Shown here piece by piece: positions 36,928 through 47,699 of a stretch of 64,000 nt of DNA. Location: positions 1 to 64,000 of the forward strand of contig JAUCBJ010000579.1 in assembly GCA_032718475.1 (NCBI GenBank). The letters run 5' to 3'. The position numbers and the translations under genes are program-made. Below the pieces are notes generated by a model that saw only the letters and a program-made list of their open reading frames with translations, did no database searches and had not been told where the DNA came from. The stretch comes from Nemertoderma westbladi. Taxonomy: Eukaryota > Animalia > Xenacoelomorpha. How positions within the stretch are numbered: position 1 is the stretch's first letter; every line of letters begins with the position of its first letter.

Positions 36928-39195
36928 TTGAGTTTCGCGACTGTAATACCGGCACCCGCACAACAGCCAAATGTAGATTTAAATGAATCTGAGTCTACTT
37001 CTGCTAGTTCTAGTTTAGAGAAGCAACGGCCAGACCCAGGCAGCTTAGTTTTCTCTGACCCCTGGATCATGGAAAGAAGCAAATTCTCTGTTAAAGAGAA
37101 GCAAAAAAGCATCAACAATGGAAGGTACTTTCAATCTGAATGGTTTGAATCCCATCCGTGGCTGTGGTATAACCGTGACAAATTGGCTGCTTTCTGCAGA
37201 ATCTGCACTCATTTCAAGCAACCTCGAGATAGTTCGGTATTCGTATTTCACTCTGCGGCACCAGGATTTCGGAATTGGAAAAAAGGAGTGGAGCGTTTGA
37301 ATGAACATGAGAACAGCGAAAATCACAGGTCATCCGAAATTAGTTCACGAAAAGATTCACCAGATATAGGCTGCCAACTTGATGATCAGGTAAGAGAACA
37401 ACAGAAACTAAGAAGACAAGGTCTAGTTGCTCATCTTAATACTATGAAAACGCTTCTTCGCCAAGGACTTCCAATACGGGGTCATACAGACCTAGACTCA
37501 AATATCTGGCAGTTTAATATAGAGAAAGCACTAAGCGACAGTGGGTTTAAACGTCTTCTTGAGGAAAACCAGTTCTTTTCACATGAAATTCTAACCGAAC
37601 AAGAAGAGTCCCTTGTATTAAAAGCGAGGAGAGTGCTTGTGAATGAAATCATTGCAGCTGAGTTTTATTCTATAATCTGTGATGAATCAAGTGACATTTC
37701 CAAAACTGAGCAGCTCTCATTTTCTGTCCGCTACTGTACTACCACATTTGATATTCGAGAAGATTTTGTGGGGGTTTTACCTTGCGACAAGGGGTTGACA
37801 GCGGACGCCCTTCTTGAATATGTCAATGATATACTTGTTCGTTGTGGAATGAATACAGAAAAAATGGTAGGTATGGCATTCGATGGAGCTTCCTCGATGA
37901 AAAGTCTTGCTGAATTGATCAAAAATAATATCACCCAGCATGCAATGTATTTTCATTGTTTTGCTCATTGTAATGAGTTAGTGTTCAAGGATGCTACTTC
38001 TCTTTCGTCACTGGTTGAATATTCACAAGACCTATGCGAAGAATTATATACCCTTGTTGGTGTAAGTCCAAAAAGAATCTTGCTATTCGAAGCAATTCAA
38101 AGGGAAGTTGACAATGATAATGCCACCTTAAGACTACAGAACCTGTCACGTACAAGATGGACTACAAGAGGACCTGCAGCAGAAGTAATCACAAAAAAGC
38201 ACACGGAGCTTCAGGCAATGTTAGAACACCTGAAAGAAGATAAATCTGTCAAACCTGAATGTAGATCTAAGGCACGTGGTCTGCTGGCCAAGATTCAACA
38301 ATTCCCGAATATGTTCAGAATTGTAGCCATGCAGGAGTTGGCACAGTTACTTGAAAATAACTCCAAACTGTTACAGAGTTCCAATCTTACTGCTGAACAA
38401 GCCATTACCAGCATTGACAAAGTATATATCCGTTTGCAAGAGCTACGTTCAGAAACTGAATTTGAGCGGATTTATAACAAAGTAGAGAAGATGTCTGGAA
38501 TAAAACACAATGACGAAATTACAAAAAGGAAAAGAACTACCCCAGGAGGCCGCATGTCAGATTTTGTTATTCATTCTAAAACTCCCATAGAGGTTACAAA
38601 TATGTGTGAGAAGAAGAGGCTCCTTGTTGAATTTTATGAAGCAATTGACTCCACAAGTCAATCACTCAAGAAACGATTTGACCAAGAAGACCTCAGACAC
38701 CTGCGAAATATAGAACAGTGTTTGTTGGATGCTGCAAACAAGGAAGGAACTCTAGATGATGTCCAAGAGAAACTCGTCCATTTCTCTAAGCTAATTAAAC
38801 TCGATATGTTGACGGAAGAGCTTCGAGAGTTACCTGTCCATATCAAAATTCACAACAAAGAGAACTCTATACCAATCAGAAGGGTAACTAAACTTAACAC
38901 ACTATGTGAAATTCTAGCATCCAAAGAAAGTAGCAAGGAATTCATGCCAGAGTTATGTAAGTTATTGCAGCTCTACAATTCGGTGGCACTTTCATCTGCT
39001 ACAGCAGAGCGCAGTTTCAGTGCCATGCGACGCATAAAATCATGGCTGCGATCCAAAATGTCAGCCAACAGCCTAAGCAATAGAATGTTTGCCGTACTTC
39101 ATAAGGAACGCATCGACAACATCGTTTCTGAGAAAGTCGCCAGGGAATTTATTGTAAAAACTGATAGGCGGAAAAAATATTTCGGGAAATTTTAA
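36928..39195 (+). CDS. hAT transposase (Tip100/ZMYM1-like: TTF zinc finger, DUF4371-like region, DDE core, hATC dimerisation domain)
   Basis: TTF-type finger 'FQSEWFESHPWLWY...AFCRIC...GFRNWKK...HENSENH'. Catalytic D 'CDESSDIS', D 'FDGASSM', CxxH 'HCFAH', 'TRW' and E 'SATAERSFS'. The ORF is uninterrupted. First in-frame ATG is at 37069; the true start is uncertain and may involve an upstream exon. Confidence 0.92.
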   Translation: MSFATVIPAPAQQPNVDLNESESTSASSSLEKQRPDPGSLVFSDPWIMERSKFSVKEKQKSINNGRYFQSEWFESHPWLWYNRDKLAAFCRICTHFKQPRDSSVFVFHSAAPGFRNWKKGVERLNEHENSENHRSSEISSRKDSPDIGCQLDDQVREQQKLRRQGLVAHLNTMKTLLRQGLPIRGHTDLDSNIWQFNIEKALSDSGFKRLLEENQFFSHEILTEQEESLVLKARRVLVNEIIAAEFYSIICDESSDISKTEQLSFSVRYCTTTFDIREDFVGVLPCDKGLTADALLEYVNDILVRCGMNTEKMVGMAFDGASSMKSLAELIKNNITQHAMYFHCFAHCNELVFKDATSLSSLVEYSQDLCEELYTLVGVSPKRILLFEAIQREVDNDNATLRLQNLSRTRWTTRGPAAEVITKKHTELQAMLEHLKEDKSVKPECRSKARGLLAKIQQFPNMFRIVAMQELAQLLENNSKLLQSSNLTAEQAITSIDKVYIRLQELRSETEFERIYNKVEKMSGIKHNDEITKRKRTTPGGRMSDFVIHSKTPIEVTNMCEKKRLLVEFYEAIDSTSQSLKKRFDQEDLRHLRNIEQCLLDAANKEGTLDDVQEKLVHFSKLIKLDMLTEELRELPVHIKIHNKENSIPIRRVTKLNTLCEILASKESSKEFMPELCKLLQLYNSVALSSATAERSFSAMRRIKSWLRSKMSANSLSNRMFAVLHKERIDNIVSEKVAREFIVKTDRRKKYFGKF

Positions 39196-39294
39196 CTAAA
39201 TTATCGTGAGTCATTCAATTTTATAATTCCAATCTCATTTCAATGATATAACTGGCAAACAATCTGCTGTTTAGGCTGTAATTATTATATTAGT

Positions 39295-39581
39295 TAGTGC
39301 AATGTTTCATGCAAATTTTTTTTTAATGTACGTATGTGTATACAGTATATTTTGTATGTATTTACTTTTATGTATATGCAATACAATGCAAACTTGTAAT
39401 TAATAAGTAAGCCTATTATTTAATACACCCCGTTTGTATTATTATATTAGGTAGTGCAATGTTTCATGCAAATTTTTTTTTAATGTACGTATGTTTATAC
39501 AGTATATTTTGTATGTATTTACTTTTATGTATATGCAATACAATGCAAACTTGTAATTAATAAGTAAGCCTATTATTTAAT
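39295..39581 (+). repeat. Direct duplication (~130 bp, period ~157) in the hAT 3' region
   Basis: TAGTGCAATGTTTCATGCAAATTTT...AAGCCTATTATTTAATA at 39295-39424 and 39452-39581. Confidence 0.85.
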
Positions 39582-41269
39582 AGTAACTTTTTTCTAATTT
39601 TATTATCGTATTATAAAAAGTGCCCTTTTTTAGCAGCTGCCCCCGTCGTACAAATTTGCTTCCGGCGCCCCTGACTGTATTTTAGATTTTTTTATGTTTT
39701 ACGTCAGCAGAGGCATCAGAGTTCCATATCGTTGGCCCTGAAAACTAATTATTAGTGTTTGGAAATTATTTTGGAAATTATTGGAAAACTAATGGATCTT
39801 TGAGATGAGCATAGCCTTGCCTAAAGGCCTATTTACACGCGGCAACTTTTAGAGCAACTTCTCGGATACTTGTAGAGCAAACCAGGTTGCCGATCAAGTT
39901 GCTCCGTGTAAACACGTAAGAGTTGCCGTAAAAGTTGCTCAACTTTTACGGCAACTTGAAGGAATTTGCGTTGGCGAATTAAAGCGGGATAATCAAAGTA
40001 AATTATGCTCTATATGTATACTACAAATACATTATTGCGTTTTTCCTTTCTCTCTGCGTTTTTCCTCACTCTCTGGTCATTTTTCCGCGCAATTCTTCCC
40101 CCCCTTGTTTACAGTCTGTTTTACCCCAGCCCCAGCCCAGTTGGTAGAACGTGGGACTTGGAATCTCTAGGTAACGAGTTCAATCCCCCATTCCGGTGAA
40201 TGATTTTTTGTTGTAAGATTGTTAATAAGCCATTCAAGGAGACAGTTCATGCGATAGTAGACGCGGACCTTTCAGTTGCTTTCAATAATTAGCCATAAGC
40301 CTTTAAAAAAAAACCGTCTCCGTCTATATTGCACCAGCCGTATTGCAGTTATTCTTCTACATACCTTATAACTTTTAGTTGGTGGTACTGCTAGAAAGCC
40401 GGCCGTGCAAGGATTCCGAATATGTAACACAATCTGAATTTCGTTGAAAAATAGAAGAGGCGGGCATTCAAAAGTTGCATGGCTTTGCATTAGCGCAAAG
40501 CTATTTTATTATATTTAATAAATACATCATATTCTTAAAACAAATACAAACTCTTCATAAATAATAATATAATATATCGACCGAAAAGTGAATACCTTCG
40601 GTTGTCTGCTGTCGGTTGTCTGCTGCGTTTTTCGGCTGTCTATTGACATTTGTCTGCTGTCGACGTAACGTTTACACCCCAAAGTTTGGTTTAATTTCAT
40701 CAATATATAACTGAGTTATTAGCGATCAAATATTAGACAATGACAGACAACTCGTCAAAGGTACCCATAATATGTTAAGACTTCGCTCACTTTGTGCCTC
40801 GCCCCACATTATTGCATCCACATCTTGGTTGGAAATACTTAGTTGCACTTTGTTATCACTAATTGTCCCGAAATTACTGTTAGATAAGTGTAAGAGACCA
40901 TTTCGACTATTAAATTCGTAAAGGTCCCGTACTTTACCTATCAATGTTCCATAATTTACCACGCAAACCATGCTCTACAAAATTAGCAATATAGCAATTC
41001 GTCTGATATTTAAATTGTTATTTAAGCTTAATAAAACATCTTTATCATAAACATCAACTCAATACCGTAGCTGCGCACAATTCGCTAAAGTTTAGAATTG
41101 AAATCACAATTTATTAAAACTAGTTGAGTTCGTACGAATCCGTACTTTACCTTAATTAGACAAGCTAGTGTTTTCTCATAACTGACTTGAGTCCCGCCAT
41201 AATCTTAGCGAATTTAAAGCTGACTTATAGCTGATTTAAAGAACATTCGAAAGTTCAATTCACTCCAAG

Positions 41270-41506
41270 CACAATTTTGTGGGTCAGAGTAAATCGCGGA
41301 TCCGGATTCTACATTTAACATTGTCCCTACGGAAGTCGATTTTTTTTACATTTTTATAACTCCCAAAAATAAAACTATAACCTGTTCCATTGACTTTAGT
41401 TTATTGTTTTGGTTAAAATAATAACGTGCCACTGTAACCTGCTCCTTTCCCTTAATTGATAATTTTGGAATCCGGATCCGCGTTTTACTCCTACCCCAAT
41501 GTTGTG
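41270..41506. mobile_element. Small inverted-repeat element containing one unit of the dispersed 60-bp repeat
   Basis: GGGTCAGAGTAAATCGCGGATCCGGATTC (41281-41309) versus GAATCCGGATCCGCGTTTTACTCCTACCC (41468-41496). Confidence 0.6.
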
Positions 41507-41709
41507 CACATATGTGAAGAGGATAACATTGTACAGGATATAGAAGTTTAAAATTGTGTACGACTCTCCCGTACTTTACTTTGGAATAAGTCAGTTACGA
41601 TATTTAAAATTTATTTAAATTTTACGATATATGGTTAGGGTTAACCATAGGTACGTTAGTCGAAGAAATATGGAAATATATAAACGATATGGGGTTACGA
41701 GACCATTTT

Positions 41710-44700
41710 GGCAGCGGGTTTACCTTCGGCTGTTGTCCCATTGGTTATACCGTTGAGTTGATGGCAGCGGGTTTACCTTCGGCTGTTGTCCCGTTGGTTA
41801 TACCGTTGGGTTGATGGCAGCGGGTTTACCTTCGGCTGTTGTCCCATTGGTTATACCGTTGGGTTGATGGCAGCGGGTTTACCTTCGGCTGTTGTCCCAT
41901 TGGTTATACCGTTGGGTTGATGGCAGCGGGTTTACCTTCGGCTGTTGTCCCGTTGGTTATACCGTTGGGTTGATGGCAGCGGGTTTACCTTCGGCTGTTG
42001 TCCCATTGGTTATACGGTTGGGTTGATGGCAGCGGGTTTACCTTCGGCTGTTGTCCCATTGGTTATACCGTTGGGTTGATGGAAGCGGGTTTACCTTCGG
42101 CTGTTGTCCCGTTGGTTATACCGTTGGGTTGATGGAAGCGGGTTTACCTTCGGTTGTTGTCCCGTTGGTTATACCGTTGAGTTGATGGCAGCGGGTTTAC
42201 CTTCGGCTGTTGTCCCATTGGTTATACCGTTGGGTTGATGGAAGCGGGTTTACCTTCGGCTGTTGTCCCGTTGGTTATACCGTTGGGTTGATGGAAGCGG
42301 GTTTACCTTCGGTTGTTGTCCCGTTGGTTATACGGTTGGGTTGATGGCAGCGGGTTTACCTTCGGCTGTTGTCCCATTGGTTATACCGTTGGGTTGATGG
42401 CAGCGGGTTTACCTTCGGCTGTTGTCCCGTTGGTTATACCGTTGGGTTGATGGCAGCGGGTTTACCTTCGGTTGTTGTCCCGTTGGTTATACCGTTGAGT
42501 TGATGGCAGCGGGTTTACCTTCGGCTGTTGTCCCATTGGTTATACCGTTGGGTTGATGGCAGCGGGTTTACCTTCGGCTGTTGTCCCGTTGGTTATACCG
42601 TTGGGTTGATGGCAGCGGGTTTACCTTCGGCTGTTGTCCCATTGGTTATACCGTTGGGTTGATGGAAGCGGGTTTACCTTCGGCTGTTGTCCCGTTGGTT
42701 ATACCGTTGAGTTGATGGCAGCGGGTTTACCTTCGGCTGTTGTCCCATTGGTTATACCGTTGGGTTGATGGAAGCGGGTTTACCTTCGGCTGTTGTCCCA
42801 TTGGTTATACGGTTGAGTTGATGGCAGCGGGTTTACCTTCGGCTGTTGTCCCATTGGTTATACCGTTGAGTTGATGGAAGCGGGTTTACCTTCGGCTGTT
42901 GTCCCATTGGTTATGCCGTTGGGTTGATGGAAGCGGGTTTACCTTCGGCTGTTGTCCCGTTGGTTATACGGTTGGGTTGATGGCAGTGGGTATACCTTCG
43001 GCTGTTGTCCCATTGGTTATACCGTTGGGTTGATGGCAGCGGGTTTACCTTCGGCTGTTGTCCCATTGGTTATACCGTTGGGTTGATGGCAGCGGGTTTA
43101 CCTTCGGCTGTTGTCCCATTGGTTATACCGTTGGGTTGATGGAAGCGGGTTTACCTTCGGCTGTTGTCCCATTGGTTATACCGTTGGGTTGATGGAAGCG
43201 GGTTTACCTTCGGCTGTTGTCCCATTGGTTATACCGTTGGGTTGATGGCAGCGGGTTTACCTTCGGCTGTTGTCCCATTGGTTATACCGTTGGGTTGATG
43301 GCAGCGGGTTTACCTTCGGCTGTTGTCCCATTGGTTATACCGTTGGGTTGATGGCAGCGGGTTTACCTTCGGCTGTTGTCCCGTTGGTTATACCGTTGGG
43401 TTGATGGCAGCGGGTTTACCTTCGGCTGTTGTCCCGTTGGTTATACCGTTGGGTTGATGGAAGCGGGTTTACCTTCGGCTGTTGTCCCATTGGTTATACC
43501 GTTGGGTTGATGGCAGCGGGTTTACCTTCGGCTGTTGTCCCATTGGTTATACCGTTGGGTTGATGGTAGCGGGTTTACCTTCGGCTGTTGTGCCATTGGT
43601 TATACCGTTGGGTTGATGGCAGCGGGTTTAGCTTCGGCTGTTGTCCCGTTGGTTATACCGTTGGGTTGATGGAAGCGGGTTTACCTTCGGCTGTTGTCCC
43701 ATTGGTTATACCGTTGGGTTGATGGCAGCGGGTTTACCTTCGGCTGTTGTCCCATTGGTTATACCGTTGGGTTGATGGCAGCGGGTTTACCTTCGGCTGT
43801 TGTCCCATTGGTTATACCGTTGGGTTGATGGCAGCGGGTTTAGCTTCGGCTGTTGTCCCATTGGTTATACCGTTGGGTTGATGGCAGCGGGTTTACCTTC
43901 GGCTGTTGTCCTGTTGGTTATACGGTTGGGTTGATGGCAGCGGGTTTACCTTCGGCTGTTGTCCCATTGGTTATACCGTTGGGTTGATGGCAGCGGGTTT
44001 ACCTTCGGCTGTTGTCCCATTGGTTATACCGTTGGGTTGATGGCAGCGGGTTTACCTTCGGCTGTTGTCCCATTGGTTATACCGTTGGGTTGATGGAAGC
44101 GGGTTTACCTTCGGCTGTTGTCCCATTGGTTATACCGTTGGGTTGATGGCAGCGGGTTTAGCTTCGGCTGTTGTCCCATTGGTTATACCGTTGGGTTGAT
44201 GGAAGCGGGTTTACCTTCGGCTGTTGTCCCATTGGTTATACCGTTGGGTTGATGGCAGCGGGTTTACCTTCGGCTGTTGTCCCATTGGTTATACCGTTGG
44301 GTTGATGGAAGCGGGTTTACCTTCGGCTGTTGTCCCATTGGTTATACCGCTGGGTTGATGGAAGCGGGTTTACCTTCGGCTGTTGTCCCATTGGTTATAC
44401 CGTTGGGTTGATGGCAGCGGGTTTACCTTCGGCTGTTGTCCCATTGGTTATACGGTTGAGTTGATGGCAGTGGGTTTACCTTCGGCTGTTGTCCCATTGG
44501 TTATACCGTTGGGTTGATGGCAGCGGGTTTACCTTCGGCTGTTGTCCCATTGGTTATACCGTTGGGTTGATGGCAGCGGGTTTACCTTCGGCTGTTGTCC
44601 CATTGGTTATACGGTTGAGTTGATGGCAGCGGGTTTACCTTCGGCTGTTGTCCCATTGGTTATACCGTTGGGTTGATGGAAGCGGGTTTACCTTCGGCTG

Positions 44701-45781
44701 TTGTCCCATTGGTTATACCGTTGGGTTGATGGCAGCGGGTTTACCTTCGGCTGTTGTCCCATTGGTTATACCGTTGGGTTGATGGCAGCGGGTTTACCTT
44801 CGGCTGTTGTCCCATTGGTTATACCGTTGGGTTGATGGAAGCGGGTTTACCTTCGGCTGTTGTCCCATTGGTTATACCGTTGGGTTGATGGAAGCGGGTT
44901 TACCTTCGGCTGTTGTCCCATTGGTTATACCGTTGGGTTGATGGCAGCGGGTTTACCTTCGGCTGTTGTCCCATTGGTTATACGGCTGAGTTGATGGAAG
45001 CGGGTTTACCTTCGGCTGTTGTCCCATTGGTTATACCGTTGGGTTGATGGAAGCGGGTTTAGCTTCGGCTGTTGTCCCATTGGTTATACCGTTGGGTTGA
45101 TGGCAGCGGGTTTACCTTCGGCTGTTGTCCCATTGGTTATACCGTTGGGTTGATGGCAGCGGGTTTACCTTCGGCTGTTGTCCCATTGGTTATACGGTTG
45201 GGTTGATGGCAGCGGGTTTACCTTCGGCTGTTGTCCTGTTGGTTATACCGTTGGGTTGATGGCAGCGGGTTTATCTTCGGCTGTTGTCCCGTTGGTTATA
45301 CCGTTGGGTTGATGGCAGCGGGTTTACCTTCGGCTGTTGTCCCATTGGTTATACGGTTGGGTTGATGGCAGCGGGTTTACCTTCGGCTGTTGTCCCGTTG
45401 GTTATACCGTTGGGTTGATGGCAGCGGGTTTACCTTCGGCTGTTGTCCTGTTGGTTATACCGTTGGGTTGATGGCAGCGGGTTTATCTTCGGCTGTTGTC
45501 CCGTTGGTTATACCGTTGGGTTGATGGCAGCGGGTTTACCTTCGGCTGTTGTCCCGTTGGTTATACCGTTGGGTTGATGGCAGCGGGTTTACCTTCGGCT
45601 GTTGTCCCGTTGGTTATACCGTTGGGTTGATGGCAGCGGGTTTACCTTCGGCTGTTGTCCCGTTGGTTATACCGTTGGGTTATGGCAGCGGGTTTACCTT
45701 CGGCTGTTGTCCCGTTGGTTATACCGTTGGGTTGATGGCAGCGGGTTTACCTTCGGCTGTTGTCCCGTTGGTTATACCGTT
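41710..45781. repeat. 53-bp tandem array, ~77 copies
   Basis: Unit GGCAGCGGGTTTACCTTCGGCTGTTGTCCC(A/G)TTGGTTATACCGTTGGGTTGAT with starts at 41710, 41763, 41816 and so on. Only point variants and one 1-bp deletion (~45681). Confidence 0.97.
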
Positions 45782-45943
45782 GGTTGCCGTTTCGATCTCG
45801 ATTGGTTTCGGCGCTTTGGTTTCGCTCCTTTCAGCGTCCAACGAAAGAACTCTGGCCTTTGAAAAGGCGCTAACCACGCTCTGAGAGGTCGTGGCCTCTG
45901 AGCCCCGCACCGTCGTCAAACCCCAGGCGCCAGGCCCCGCCAT
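45751..45943 (-). CDS. Candidate first coding exon of an unidentified gene (MAGPGAWGLT...NGITNGTTAE, phase-1 donor)
   Basis: AAAC-ATG-GCG start context in a GC/CpG-rich unique island, 64 open codons, ending at GAAG|GTAAAC inside the first unit of the 53-bp array. No homolog recognised. Confidence 0.5.
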
Positions 45944-45992
45944 GTTTAGTAGCACAAAAAATAATTTTTACCCACTTTTAGGGTTCAGAGAC

Positions 45993-47086
45993 ACAAATAT
46001 GTGATGTTACCTTTGGGCGTGCTACAAATATGTGATGTTACCTTTGGGCGTGCTACAAATATGTGATGTTGCCTTTTGGCGTGCTACAAAGATGTGATGT
46101 TACCTTTGGGCGTGCTACAAAGATGTGATGTTACCTTTGGGCGTGCTACAAAGATGTGATGTTGCCTTTGGGCGTGCTACAAAGATGTGATGTTACCTTT
46201 GGGCGTGCTACAAATATGTGATGTTGCCTTTGGGCGTGCTACAAAGATGTGATGTTACCTTTGGGCGTGCTACAAAGATGTGATGTTACCTTTGGGCGTG
46301 CTACAAAGATGTGATGTTACCTTTGGGCGTGCTACAAAGATGTGATGTTGCCTTTGGGCGTGCTACAAAGATGTGATGTTACCTTTGGGCGTGCTACAAA
46401 TATGTGATGTTGCCTTTGGGCGTGCTACAAAGATGTGATGTTACCTTTGGGCGTGCTACAAAGATGTGATGTTGCCTTTGGGCGTGCTACAAAGATGTGA
46501 TGTTACCTTTGGGCGTGCTACAAATATGTGATGTTGCCTTTTGGCGTGCTACAAAGATGTGATGTTACCTTTGGGCGTGCTACAAAGATGTGATGTTACC
46601 TTTGGGCGTGCTACAAAGATGTGATGTTGCCTTTGGGCGTGCTACAAAGATGTGATGTTACCTTTGGGCGTGCTACAAATATGTGATGTTGCCTTTGGGC
46701 GTGCTACAAAGATGTGATGTTACCTTTGGGCGTGCTACAAAGATGTGATGTTACCTTTGGGCGTGCTACAAAGATGTGATGTTGCCTTTGGGCGTGCTAC
46801 AAAGATGTGATGTTACCTTTGGGCGTGCTACAAATATGTGATGTTGCCTTTGGGCGTGCTACAAAGATGTGATGTTACCTTTGGGCGTGCTACAAATATG
46901 TGATGTTGCCTTTGGGCGTGCTACAAAGATGTGATGTTACCTTTGGGCGTGCTACAAATATGTGATGTTGCCTTTGGGCGTGCTACAAAGATGTGATGTT
47001 ACCTTTGGGCGCGCTACAAAGATGTGATGTTACCTTTGGGCGTGCTACAAATATGTGATGTTACCTTTGGGCGTGCTACAAATATG
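45993..47086. repeat. 31-bp tandem array, ~35 copies
   Basis: Unit ACAAA(T/G)ATGTGATGTT(A/G)CCTTTGGGCGTGCT with starts at 45993, 46024 and so on. Confidence 0.97.
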
Positions 47087-47699
47087 CAACAAATAAATAT
47101 AGTAGCACTTTATTTCACACCGGTTAGAGTGGGGGGGGGGGGGGGGATATTTCCACGGTACGGTACCGGCAACAACCTGTGTGCGCTATCTGCAGCCTAC
47201 AGTCGAAAATAGTCGAGTTTAAACACTAAACCTAAATAAAATATATTAATTAATAATTAACCTCTTTAATTTGATTAAATTTTTTATCCGAGAGATTAAA
47301 TATGTTGTTTAATTGTTTCCATCAGCCCGGGAGTCCGTTAAAACTTCCCATCCCAAGACTTTCCAGCTCGTCTCACCCGTCTACAACGCCAGACAGAGTC
47401 GCCATTATTGCCTCTAGTAAAAATAAACTCCCTGTTAAGTCGGCTAAAACCATGTCGCAGGTTGGTAAAGTAAATATATAAATTATAGCGGGGATATTTA
47501 AAACTCAAACAGAACCTAAACGGTGGGGAAAATAGATATGTTTCTAATCCTGAACCAATAATATGTAGTTGTGGCTGTTGATGACATTATGCACGAATGT
47601 TTGTTTGTGCGGTCTCAATCCAATCATCAGCCATTCATTATATAATTAGTTAACTTAATCACCAATCCCAAAAGTCGTAAAGGTTCCTGTGTGGCCGTA

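Larger units (their letters stand above)
34617..39673 (+). mobile_element. Full-length hAT DNA transposon (5057 bp), probably autonomous
   Basis: Perfect 17-bp TIR CAGGGGCGCCGGAAGCA / TGCTTCCGGCGCCCCTG, 8-bp TSD ACTGTATT on both sides, subterminal GCAGCTGCCCCC and TGCCCT motifs at both ends. Contains a transposase ORF. Confidence 0.95.

Noticed and set aside
39826-39960. PIF/Harbinger-like terminus GGCCTATTTACACG with GCAACT/AGTTGC repeats
   Set aside because: It resembles a TE end, but no partner TIR or TSD could be located.
41710-47086. CRISPR-like arrays
   Set aside because: Units are contiguous with no unique spacers, there are no cas genes, and the context is eukaryotic.
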